Part shown: positions 50,067 through 58,544 of the stretch, piece by piece
Position numbering within the stretch: position 1 is the first letter of the stretch
Layout: each line of letters begins with the position of its first letter
From: Christensenella sp.
GTDB lineage: Bacteria; Bacillota; Clostridia; Christensenellales; UBA3700
Reading direction: 5' to 3'
NCBI GenBank assembly: GCA_022784465.1
Contig: JALFUR010000004.1
Coordinates: forward strand, 354,372 to 418,371
Length of the DNA stretch: 64,000 nucleotides
Translations under genes and position numbers: made by a program
The notes under the pieces: model-generated
Seen by the model: the letters and a program-made list of their open reading frames with translations, nothing else
What the model was told of the DNA's origin: nothing
Database searches by the model: none

Positions 50067-51304
50067 TCTCTTATTTGTCCCATTCCATCAATAATATATT
50101 TTTCACTTGTAAGTTGTTTTAGTCCAAGCGGTCCTCTTGCATGAAGTTTTTGAGTAGATATACCAATCTCTGCACCAAAACCAAATTGGAAACCATCCGT
50201 AAATCTTGTTGAAGTATTTACATACACACATCCCGAATCCACTTTTTTCTTAAATATATCGATTACATCTTTATCTTGAGCAATAATTGCATCAGAATGC
50301 TTTGTATTGTTGTTGTTAATTTGATCTATTGCTTGCATATAATTATCTACGATAGACACTGTCAAAATGTAATCTGAATGTTCTTTTTTATATTCAGCTT
50401 CATCGCATAACGTAGCAGCTGAAATAATATCGCATACTTCTTGAGAACCATTAATTTTACAGCCATCCATAATTAAAGGTAGCAAAATAAGTGGCAACTT
50501 ATTTGCAACTTTTCTATCTATAATTAATTGCTCAAGCGCATTGCAAGTACTAGGTCTACTCATCTTAGCGTTATATACAACCTTTTCAGCAATTCCCATA
50601 TTTGCACTTTCGTGAATATATGTGTGGCAAACTCCACCTGCTGATGCTATTACTGGCATAGTCGCATTTTCAAGCACAAAGTGCTTTAATCCATCTCCGC
50701 CTCTTGGTATAACAACGTCAACACAATCTCCTTGTTTTAAAAGTTCTAATGAAGATTCTCTTGTGATGTCATCAATAAAATTAACAACGTTTTTATCAAA
50801 GCCATTACTCTCTAATGCATTTTGCATTATTTCATATAATTTTCTATTTGAATTAATAGCTTCTTTTCCACCTCTTAAAACAACACAGTTACCACTTTTT
50901 ATACATAAAGCAGCAACGTCAATTGTTACATTAGGTCTTGATTCATAAATAACGCCAATAGTTCCAAGTGGAACACGAACTTTTGTAAACTTTAATCCAT
51001 TTTTTGTTTTCCATGAATCGGTAATCTCTCCAATTGGATCTGCAAGTTTTGCAACTTGTTTAACACCCTCTATCATGGTATTAAGTCTACTATCATTAAG
51101 TGTAAGACGATCTATCATAGCGCTAGATAGGCTAGATTTTGCTTCTTCGATATCTTTTTCATTTGCTTCAAAAATATCTTTTTTAGAAGCAATTAATGCC
51201 TGAGCAATACACTCAAGCATTAGATTTCTTTCTTTATTAGTTGTTGCTGCAAAAGAAAACGCTGCTTTTTTAGCATTTAAACAAATCTCTCTTACACTAC
51301 TCAT
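50063..51304 (-). CDS. proA: Gamma-glutamyl phosphate reductase
   Basis: Aldehyde dehydrogenase fold with IYESRPNVT and the catalytic-Cys region PSTCNALE. 413 aa. Confidence 0.9.
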   Translation of the reverse strand: MSSVREICLNAKKAAFSFAATTNKERNLMLECIAQALIASKKDIFEANEKDIEEAKSSLSSAMIDRLTLNDSRLNTMIEGVKQVAKLADPIGEITDSWKTKNGLKFTKVRVPLGTIGVIYESRPNVTIDVAALCIKSGNCVVLRGGKEAINSNRKLYEIMQNALESNGFDKNVVNFIDDITRESSLELLKQGDCVDVVIPRGGDGLKHFVLENATMPVIASAGGVCHTYIHESANMGIAEKVVYNAKMSRPSTCNALEQLIIDRKVANKLPLILLPLIMDGCKINGSQEVCDIISAATLCDEAEYKKEHSDYILTVSIVDNYMQAIDQINNNNTKHSDAIIAQDKDVIDIFKKKVDSGCVYVNTSTRFTDGFQFGFGAEIGISTQKLHARGPLGLKQLTSEKYIIDGMGQIRE

Positions 51305-51306
51305 TA

Positions 51307-52050
51307 TTAATCTTCTTCCTCTTCCTCAACTAATTCAGCATTATGATAAACGTTTTGAACATCGTCATCTTCTTCAAGTACATCAATAAGTTTTTGAACT
51401 CTTGCTGAAGCTTCTTTATCTAGTTCAATTGTACTTTGAGGAACCATAGTAACTTCACCTGATATTACTTTAAATGATGAATCTGCTGAGATTGCATCCA
51501 TAACAGCTGCAAAGTTTTCTGGAGTAGTTCTAATTTCAAATACGTCTTCATCGTCAATTACGTCATCTGCCCCAGCATCTAAAGCTGCCATCATAACGTC
51601 GTCTTCAGTTAAATTACCTTTTTCAACAATGATAACACCCATTCTATCAAACAAATATGATACGCATCCTGTTGTACCTAAAGAACCACCATTTTTGTCA
51701 AAATAAGATCTAACATTACCAATTGTTCTATTTGGCTTATCTGTTAAAGTGTTTACTATCATAGCAACTCCACCTGGAGCATATCCTTCATAAACGTTTT
51801 CAGAATAATTGATTTGTCCAAGTTCTCCAGATGCTTTTTTAATACCTCTTGCAATATTATCATTTGGCATATTAGCAGCTTTAGCTTTAGCAATAACTGC
51901 TCTTAAAGAAGCATTAGAGTTTGGATCTGGACCGCCTGCTTTTACTGCAACTGCGATTTCTCTTCCAATTTTAGTAAATACTTTTGCTCTTGCAGCATCA
52001 GTCTTACCTTTTTTCATTTGTATATTGTGCCATTTGCTATGTCCTGACAT
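51307..52050 (-). CDS. yebC: YebC/PmpR family DNA-binding regulator
   Basis: The N-terminus MSGHSKWHNIQMKKGKTDAARAKVFTK is diagnostic. Confidence 0.9.
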   Translation of the reverse strand: MSGHSKWHNIQMKKGKTDAARAKVFTKIGREIAVAVKAGGPDPNSNASLRAVIAKAKAANMPNDNIARGIKKASGELGQINYSENVYEGYAPGGVAMIVNTLTDKPNRTIGNVRSYFDKNGGSLGTTGCVSYLFDRMGVIIVEKGNLTEDDVMMAALDAGADDVIDDEDVFEIRTTPENFAAVMDAISADSSFKVISGEVTMVPQSTIELDKEASARVQKLIDVLEEDDDVQNVYHNAELVEEEEED

Positions 52051-52111
52051 AATGATTTCTCCTTGTTTTTTTCTTATTTTATTTTATTATTAAATAAATG
52101 CTAATTCAAGT

Positions 52112-52861
52112 CTAATTAGCAAAAGATAAATGATATAAAGCAACGGACAATGAAACCGCTGCATTTAAGCTCTCAATATCTCCTATCATAGGCAAAGACA
52201 AAGTTGTTGTACAGCTATTTTTAATTTCACTGCTAACACCATGTGCTTCATTGCCCACTATTAGTGCAAATGGAGATTTAACATTCTTTGTTGAATATAT
52301 GTTTTCTCCACCCATATCTAAAGTTATGAGATTATATCCATTCAATTTTTTATAAATATTTTCAAACGAATCTAATACAATATTTACTCTAAATATACCA
52401 CCCATAGAAGAACGAACAACTTTCATAGAATATGGATCAACTGTATCTATTGCAAAGATAGTTTTTATTCCACATGCTACGCATGTTCTTATAATTGTTC
52501 CAAAATTTCCTGGGTCTGATACTCTATCTAAAATTACTACATTTCCCCCATCAAAATTAGATTTAGGCTTTACTGCAGTGCACAATAATCCACATGGAGT
52601 TTGTGTATCTGATAAAGTTTTCATGACTTTATCTGAAACAACACAAATCTTGTCTTGGTCATATTTTTTTATTATGTCACTATAAGTATCTAATTTAGAT
52701 TTTTCAACAAACAAATATTGAACACTAACACTATCTGGTAAATCCTTAATTATATTAGCGCCTTCAACTATAAATTGACCAAGTAAATCTCTTTCTTTTT
52801 TATCCTTGAGCTTTTTTACTTGCTGTATTATTGAATTGGAAAGTGAAGTAATCTCTTTCAT
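52112..52861 (-). CDS. TrmH/SpoU family RNA 2'-O-methyltransferase
   Basis: SPOUT motifs (DRVSDPGNFGTIIRT, GNEAHGVS, SLNAAVS). I trimmed the start to the ATG at 52861. The ORF-track TTG start lies inside the rplT terminator hairpin. Confidence 0.8.
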   Translation of the reverse strand: MKEITSLSNSIIQQVKKLKDKKERDLLGQFIVEGANIIKDLPDSVSVQYLFVEKSKLDTYSDIIKKYDQDKICVVSDKVMKTLSDTQTPCGLLCTAVKPKSNFDGGNVVILDRVSDPGNFGTIIRTCVACGIKTIFAIDTVDPYSMKVVRSSMGGIFRVNIVLDSFENIYKKLNGYNLITLDMGGENIYSTKNVKSPFALIVGNEAHGVSSEIKNSCTTTLSLPMIGDIESLNAAVSLSVALYHLSFAN

Positions 52862-52864
52862 CTT

Positions 52865-52893
52865 AAAAAGAGGCAACCGTTTTTGGTTGCCTC
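52865..52893 (-). terminator. Intrinsic terminator after rplT
   Basis: Minus strand reads GAGGCAACC-AAAAAC-GGTTGCCTC followed by TTTTT. Confidence 0.8.
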
Positions 52894-52902
52894 AAAGTTT
52901 AA

Positions 52903-53247
52903 TTACTTTTTAGCTGTTTCACACAATGCTGTAAAAGCTGCTGGATCTGTAACTGCAATATCTGCAAGTACTTTACGATTTAAATCTACTCCATTCTTCT
53001 TTAAACCATGCATTAATGTGCTGTAATTTAGACCATTCATTCTAGCTGCTGCATTGATACGAGCAATCCATAAAGATCTAAATTGTCTCTTCTTTTGCTT
53101 TCTACCAACAAATGCATATTGGCCAGATTTCATAACTGCTTCACGAGCAATTCTATATAACTTAGACTTAGCACCGAAGTAACCCTTGGCTTGTCTCATT
53201 ATTTTTCTACGTTTTTTAACGCCATTTACGCCTCTTTTAATTCTCAT
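52903..53247 (-). CDS. rplT: 50S ribosomal protein L20
   Basis: [16 protein letters not shown]...[10 protein letters not shown] is typical of L20. Confidence 0.97.
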   Translation of the reverse strand: MRIKRGVNGVKKRRKIMRQAKGYFGAKSKLYRIAREAVMKSGQYAFVGRKQKKRQFRSLWIARINAAARMNGLNYSTLMHGLKKNGVDLNRKVLADIAVTDPAAFTALCETAKK

Positions 53248-53263
53248 TTTAGTGTTCCTCCGA

Positions 53264-53452
53264 TTAAATCAAATTCTTAATTGTCTTTTCTTGTGTAGAA
53301 TCTACATATGCTGTTTTTCTTAAAGCACGCATTCTCTTTGGTGCTTTCTTTGTTAAGATGTGTCTTCTGTTCATCTTAGCTCTTTTAACCTTGCCGCTTC
53401 CTGTTAATTTAAAACGCTTTTTAGCGCTACTTTTTGTTTTTTGCTTAGGCAT
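53264..53452 (-). CDS. rpmI: 50S ribosomal protein L35
   Basis: [24 protein letters not shown] is typical of L35. Confidence 0.95.
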   Translation of the reverse strand: MPKQKTKSSAKKRFKLTGSGKVKRAKMNRRHILTKKAPKRMRALRKTAYVDSTQEKTIKNLI

Positions 53453-53479
53453 GATTGTATACCTCCGAATATATATATT

Positions 53480-53995
53480 TTATTTTTTCTCTTGTTTAGG
53501 CACAAGCATCATTGAAATCTCTCTACCAGTTATTGTTGGCTTTGCATCAACTTGTGCAACTTCTTGTAGCAATTCAATAAACTTTTCCATGTTTCTCATT
53601 CCAAGTTCAGGTCTTGCATTTTGTCTTCCCTTAAGTCTTATTGAAACCTTTACTTTATTGCCATCTTGTATAAACTTTGTTGCTTGTTTTGCTCTAGTAT
53701 TCATATCGCCTACATCAATAGATGCAGATAGCATTACTTCTTTGATTTTTACGACTTTTTGGTTCTTTTTGTTTTCTTTATCTTTTTTGATCATGTCGTA
53801 TTTGTATTTAGAATAATTCATTAACTTGCATACAGCAGGCTCAATTGAACCATTCATTAATACTAAATCTAAATCTTGATCATACGCTACTTTCTTAGCA
53901 TCATTTAGTGTCATTTCACCAAGTTGAGTGCCATCGTTTCCAATCAATCTGACCATCTTTGCTCTGATTTGGTCGTTAATAAGTAACTCTTTAAT
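53480..53995 (-). CDS. infC: Translation initiation factor IF-3 (ATT start)
   Basis: The ORF track begins at an internal Met (MVRLIG). The frame stays open upstream to an ATT at 53995, 7 nt after GGAGGA, giving IKELLINDQIRAKMVRLIG, the normal IF-3 N-terminus. infC classically uses a non-canonical AUU start. Confidence 0.85.
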   Translation of the reverse strand: MKELLINDQIRAKMVRLIGNDGTQLGEMTLNDAKKVAYDQDLDLVLMNGSIEPAVCKLMNYSKYKYDMIKKDKENKKNQKVVKIKEVMLSASIDVGDMNTRAKQATKFIQDGNKVKVSIRLKGRQNARPELGMRNMEKFIELLQEVAQVDAKPTITGREISMMLVPKQEKK

Positions 53996-54131
53996 AATTA
54001 AATCCTCCTTGCTTTACAAGCATAAAAATATGGACAACTTAAGCATACAAGTTGTCCATAGAAAATTATCTTATATTCTATTACCTCATCGAACCTTTGT
54101 TGACGGGTGAGACTACTGTCTACTTAAATGT
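53996..54131 (-). ncRNA. L20-type ribosomal leader with attenuator hairpin upstream of infC-rpmI-rplT
   Basis: The minus-strand leader contains TATGGACAACTT-8 nt-AAGTTGTCCATA (54029..54060) followed by TTTTT, about 25 nt before the infC RBS. This matches the L20-controlled termination known in Firmicutes. Only the terminator was inspected. Confidence 0.55.
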
Positions 54132-54137
54132 AAGACA

Positions 54138-54167
54138 ATAATAGCATCTAAATAAATAGTTAGTCAA
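54138..54167 (-). promoter_or_regulatory. Candidate sigma-A promoter of the infC operon leader
   Basis: Minus strand reads TTGACT-18 nt-TATTAT. Confidence 0.45.
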
Positions 54168-54196
54168 ATAAAAACCTAACATTTCAAATATTTTTT

Positions 54197-55909
54197 CTAA
54201 ATATTAATCGAACCATCAATGCATTCTATTTTGCAACTATTAATATTTTTATTCCATTCTGTAGCTTTATCTATATTGCTCCACTCTTCCTTTGTTCCAT
54301 TAAATTTAATATTTGATAGATTTTCGCATCCATAAAAAACATTTTTTCCAAGATATTGTATTTCTTTTGACAATGAAATAGTATTTAATTTTTTACAATT
54401 AAAAAATGCTTCATCTCTTATATATTTAATACTATCTGGCAATTCTATTTTATCTAAAGTGCAACAATCGTAAAATGTTCTAGAATCTATAGTGTCTACA
54501 TTTTTTGGGATTTTTATATTTTTTAAACTCTTACATCCATTAAATGCATCCTCCCCGATTCTTGTTACACTTTCTGGGATTGTTATACTTGTTAAATTAC
54601 TACATTCTCTGAATGCATACTTTCCTATACTTATTACACTATCTGAGAGTATTATACTTTCTAAACTACTACAGTCCCAGAATGCACCTTCTTCTATACT
54701 TATTACACCATCTGGGATTGTTATACTTTCCAAACTACTACATTCAATAAATACTCTTTCTCCTATACTTGTTACACTATCTGGTATCGTTATACTTGTT
54801 AAACTACTACATTCAAGGAAAGCCATATCTCCTATACTTGTTACGCCGTCTGGGATTGTTATACTTTCCAAACTACTACATTCTCTGAATGCATGCTTTC
54901 CTATACTTGTTACACTATCCGGAATTGTTACACTTTCTAAACTACTACATCTAGCAAATACACAATATTCTATTTTTGTTACACTATCTGGAATTGTTAT
55001 ACTTGTTAAACTACTACAACCAGAGAATGCACAACCTCCTATACTAGTTACACTATCCGGAATTGATATACTTTCTAAACTACTACAATCAGAGAATGCA
55101 TAATCTCCTATACTTGTTACATCGTCTGGGATTGTTATACTTATCAAACTACTACAGCCGTAGAATACCCCATTTTCTATACTTGTTATACCATCTGGGA
55201 TTGTTATGTTTGTTAAATTATTACATCCAGAGAATGCATAATCTCCTATACTTGTTACACTATCTGGAATTATTGTATTTTTGCATCCTAATACTAATAA
55301 ATTTGATGATGTTTCTATTATCGCATTACAATTGTTTCTACTATCATATTTAGAATTATTCTCATCTACCACGATATTTTCTAAACTACTACAGCATTCG
55401 AAGGCATATTCTCCTATACTAGTTACGCTATCTGGAATTGTTATACTTTCTAAACTACTACATTCTCTAAATGCATGCTTTCCTATACTTGTTACACTAT
55501 TCGAAATCGTTATACTTGTTAAACCACTACATCCTATGAATGCATAATTTCCTATACTTGTTACACTGCTTGGAATGAATGTGTTTTTACATCCTACTAT
55601 CAATGTATTTGATGATGTTTCTATTATCGCATTACAATTGTTTCTACTATCGTATTTAGGATTATTCTCATCTACTACTATACTTGTTAAACTACTACAT
55701 CCAGCGAATGCATGATCTGCTATATATGTTACACTATCTGGAATTGTTATACTTGTTAAACTACTGCATTCAAAGAATGCTCTTTCTCCTATACTTGTTA
55801 CTTCTTTATTATTAATTAATTGGGGAATATTTACTTCCCTAGACCTACCTACATAATTTGTTATTTCGTAAGTTTCATCTTTTTTTAATTTAAGTTTAAA
55901 ACCTATCAT
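54197..55909 (-). CDS. BspA-type leucine-rich repeat (LRR_5-like) protein, no signal peptide
   Basis: 570 aa made almost entirely of ~23-aa units (SLxSITIPDSVTSIGxxAFxxCS). It also has a ~93-aa duplicated block (VVDENNxKYDSRNNCNAIIETSSN). There is no N-terminal hydrophobic segment, LPXTG or lipobox. Confidence 0.8.
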   Translation of the reverse strand: MIGFKLKLKKDETYEITNYVGRSREVNIPQLINNKEVTSIGERAFFECSSLTSITIPDSVTYIADHAFAGCSSLTSIVVDENNPKYDSRNNCNAIIETSSNTLIVGCKNTFIPSSVTSIGNYAFIGCSGLTSITISNSVTSIGKHAFRECSSLESITIPDSVTSIGEYAFECCSSLENIVVDENNSKYDSRNNCNAIIETSSNLLVLGCKNTIIPDSVTSIGDYAFSGCNNLTNITIPDGITSIENGVFYGCSSLISITIPDDVTSIGDYAFSDCSSLESISIPDSVTSIGGCAFSGCSSLTSITIPDSVTKIEYCVFARCSSLESVTIPDSVTSIGKHAFRECSSLESITIPDGVTSIGDMAFLECSSLTSITIPDSVTSIGERVFIECSSLESITIPDGVISIEEGAFWDCSSLESIILSDSVISIGKYAFRECSNLTSITIPESVTRIGEDAFNGCKSLKNIKIPKNVDTIDSRTFYDCCTLDKIELPDSIKYIRDEAFFNCKKLNTISLSKEIQYLGKNVFYGCENLSNIKFNGTKEEWSNIDKATEWNKNINSCKIECIDGSINI

Positions 55910-56147
55910 TTTCCACCTCTATTACAATAAATAATACATTCTACTTTTAACCTTTTCAACATAAATATGTTGAACTTTCTGATTATGTCTTAATAATAGA
56001 ACTTTGAAGAAAAACAAGATTAGTTTAATGTTTGCGAATTGTTTCATATCTAGTTTTGTAAAGTATTATTCTATTTATGATTAATCAAAACTTATATATT
56101 TCTTTAATTTCATCTAACAAAAATGAAGCACAAAATTGAGGCATGGA

Positions 56148-56235
56148 TGTATAAAATTACACATTATTCTTCGTAAAATGTAAAAAATTACACAAAACGA
56201 AGACGTAAAATGTAAAAAATTACACAAAACGAAGA
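56148..56235. repeat. 32-bp tandem direct repeat (2 exact copies plus 1 degenerate), each carrying a TGTAA-N4-TTACA palindrome
   Basis: CGTAAAATGTAAAAAATTACACAAAACGAAGA occurs at 56172..56203 and identically at 56204..56235. A degenerate copy with TGTATAAAATTACA lies at 56148..56161. The palindromes are spaced 31 and 32 bp apart. Confidence 0.9.
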
Positions 56236-56263
56236 TTTTGCTAATTTTTGACTATTTTTTTCA

Positions 56264-56303
56264 AACAAAAAAAGAGGTGCTAAAATATTCTTTTTAACAC
56301 CTC
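56264..56303 (-). terminator. Intrinsic terminator after thrS
   Basis: Minus strand reads GAGGTGTTAAAA-AGAATA-TTTTAGCACCTC (12 bp with one G-U pair) followed by TTTTTTTG. Confidence 0.8.
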
Positions 56304-56326
56304 AAAACTATATTTTTTATATCTTA

Positions 56327-58264
56327 TTAATCTAATCTAAATGTTGAAATATCATTTAATACTTTATCTATAAATTCAGATAGTGGCATTTGTCCTAAAT
56401 CGCCTTCTCCTCTACGTCTTACTGAAACAACATTAGCTTCAACATCTTTATCTCCAATAATTAACATATATGGAATCTTTTCTTGTTGAGCGCCACGAAT
56501 CTTGTATCCAATTGTTTCGCTTCTAGAATCAACTTCACATCTAATTCCTGCAGCTTTTAATTTCTTAGCAATATCTTTACATACTTCAACATTTCTATCT
56601 GTCAATGCAAGAATCTTTACTTGTGTTGGAGAACACCAAACTGGGAATGCTCCAGCAAATTTTTCAATCATTAATGCCATTGTTCTTTCATAGCATCCAA
56701 TAGAACTTCTATGAATAATATATGGACGTCTCTTTTCGCCTTTTTCATCAATATATGTCATATCGAATCTTTCTGCTAAGAACATATCTACTTGTATTGT
56801 AATTAATGTATCTTCTTTTCCATATACATTCTTAATTTGAATATCTAGTTTTGGTCCATAGAAGGCTGCTTCGTCTATTCCAATTTTATAATCTACTCCT
56901 AAATCCTTCAAAATCTTTTCCATTGTGCTTTCTGCTTCTTCCCATTTTTCAGGATCATCAATGTATTTTTCCTTATTATTTGGATCCCATTTAGAGAATC
57001 TAAATGAAGCATCATCGATTAATCCTGTTACCGTAAGCATTTTCTTTGCAAGAGCTAAACATCCTGCAAACTCTTCCTCTAATTGATCAGGTCTAACAAT
57101 TAAGTGTCCTTCAGAAAGTGTGAATTGTCTTACACGAATAAGACCATGCATTTCTCCTGAAGCCTCATTTCTGAATAATATAGAAGTTTCACCATATCTC
57201 TTTGGTAAATCTTTATAAGATTTAAGTCCATTGTTATAAATTGTATATTGGAATGGACATGTCATTGGACGAAGTGCAAATACTTCACTATCTTTTTCTT
57301 CATCCCCTAAGACAAACATTCCCTCTTTATAATGATCCCAGTGACCAGATATTTTATACAAATCTGATTTAGCCATATATGGAGTCTTAGTTAAAACGTA
57401 ACCTGCTTCCTCTTCTGTATCCTCTACGAATCTATTTAAAATTTGGAACAATTTAGCGCCCTTTGGCATTAATAAAGGAAGTCCTTGTCCAATTTTTTCA
57501 TCAGTCATGAATATACCAAGTTCTCTACCAAGTTTATTATGGTCACGTTTTTTTGCTTCTTCTAATTGTTGCAAATGTTCTTGTAAATCGCTCTTTTTAT
57601 CAAAACAAGTACCATAGATTCTTGTTAACATCTTATTCTTTTCGCTTCCTCTCCAATATGCACCTGTTATACTTAACAATTTAAATGCTTTAATATAACC
57701 AGTACTTGGCAAATGTGGTCCAGCACATAAATCTGTAAATCCGCCTTGTTTATAGAATGAAATTGTAGCATCTTTTGGAAGATCGTTTATAAGTTCTACT
57801 TTATAATCTTCTTTATATCCTTTCATTAGTTTTAATGCCTCTTCTCTTGGAAGCTCAAATCTCTCAAGTGGATAATTAGCTTTGATAATACTCTTCATTT
57901 CAGATTCTATGTTTGCCAAATCTTCTACAGCAATAGGTGTTTTAAAATCAATATCATAATAAAAACCATCATCAATTGCTGGTCCAATTGCAAGTTTACA
58001 TGTTGGATAAATATTTTTTATCGCTTGCGCTAAGATATGTGAACAGGTATGACGATATATTCTCTTTCCCTCGTCATCTTTAAAGGTCAAAATTTCAAGA
58101 GTGCAATCTTTATTTAGCACTTGATTTAATTCAACAACTTTGCCATCGACTTTAGCGCCTACAGCAACTCTTGCTAAGCCTTCAGATATGTCCTTAGCAA
58201 TATCCATTACTCTTAATCCATCTTGGTACTCTTTATAGCTACCATCTTTTAAAGTAATCTTCAT
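56327..58264 (-). CDS. thrS: Threonyl-tRNA synthetase
   Basis: TGS domain, editing-domain HTCSH motif and class II core. I trimmed the start to the ATG at 58264 (MKITLKDGS), which follows GGAGGA. The ORF-track extension reads through the T-box terminator. Confidence 0.95.
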   Translation of the reverse strand: MKITLKDGSYKEYQDGLRVMDIAKDISEGLARVAVGAKVDGKVVELNQVLNKDCTLEILTFKDDEGKRIYRHTCSHILAQAIKNIYPTCKLAIGPAIDDGFYYDIDFKTPIAVEDLANIESEMKSIIKANYPLERFELPREEALKLMKGYKEDYKVELINDLPKDATISFYKQGGFTDLCAGPHLPSTGYIKAFKLLSITGAYWRGSEKNKMLTRIYGTCFDKKSDLQEHLQQLEEAKKRDHNKLGRELGIFMTDEKIGQGLPLLMPKGAKLFQILNRFVEDTEEEAGYVLTKTPYMAKSDLYKISGHWDHYKEGMFVLGDEEKDSEVFALRPMTCPFQYTIYNNGLKSYKDLPKRYGETSILFRNEASGEMHGLIRVRQFTLSEGHLIVRPDQLEEEFAGCLALAKKMLTVTGLIDDASFRFSKWDPNNKEKYIDDPEKWEEAESTMEKILKDLGVDYKIGIDEAAFYGPKLDIQIKNVYGKEDTLITIQVDMFLAERFDMTYIDEKGEKRRPYIIHRSSIGCYERTMALMIEKFAGAFPVWCSPTQVKILALTDRNVEVCKDIAKKLKAAGIRCEVDSRSETIGYKIRGAQQEKIPYMLIIGDKDVEANVVSVRRRGEGDLGQMPLSEFIDKVLNDISTFRLD

Positions 58265-58277
58265 ATATATCCTCCAT

Positions 58278-58500
58278 AAAAAAATCCTTATGCCTAAGCA
58301 TAAGGACGAAATAATTCGCGGTTCCACCTTATTTATAACGCAATGCGTTATCTCTTAATTATCCAAAATACGTTTGGTACGTGCTTTACAACTGGTGGTA
58401 CTTGAAAAAGTTATTGCACATCTTCTCAGCTACCGATGTTCTCTGTAACAAATCGCTTTTTTAGCTTGTCCTGTTGTCGACATTTCTGTCTCGCAATATA
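58278..58500 (-). ncRNA. T-box riboswitch (Thr, ACC specifier candidate) controlling thrS
   Basis: The minus strand has the T-box sequence AAGGTGGAACCGCGA (58317..58328 core) and an AGAGA element in stem I. It also has the GTACCACCAG candidate specifier and the terminator TCCTTATGC-TTAG-GCATAAGGA plus T7 (58278..58306). Confidence 0.8.
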
Positions 58501-58508
58501 GTAATGTC

Positions 58509-58538
58509 ATTTTATGACAAAGTGTATTTTTTTGTCAA
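58509..58538 (-). promoter_or_regulatory. Candidate sigma-A promoter of the thrS T-box leader
   Basis: Minus strand reads TTGACA-18 nt-TAAAAT, 7 nt downstream of the ABC gene stop. Confidence 0.5.
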
Positions 58539-58544
58539 TAAAAT

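Noticed and set aside
54492-55547. Long plus-strand ORFs (203, 96 and 88 aa) antisense to the LRR gene.
   Set aside because: They are repeat-driven artefacts. The periodic LRR coding repeats keep the antisense frames open. They have no RBS, and their products are just periodic mirror images (…LSGIVILSKLLHS…).
54197-55909. Regularly spaced DNA repeats resembling a CRISPR-like array.
   Set aside because: The repeats have a 69-bp period, are in frame and encode LRR units of one continuous ORF. There are no unique spacers and no cas genes.
56148-56235. The TGTAA-N4-TTACA palindromes as CcpA cre sites, or as CRP/Fnr-type or TnrA sites.
   Set aside because: cre needs a central CG (TGTAAGCGCTTACA-like), and here the centre is AAAA. 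TnrA/GlnR sites have a 7-nt spacer, and CRP-type sites have TGTGA-N6-TCACA. None of these fits, so the cognate factor is unknown.
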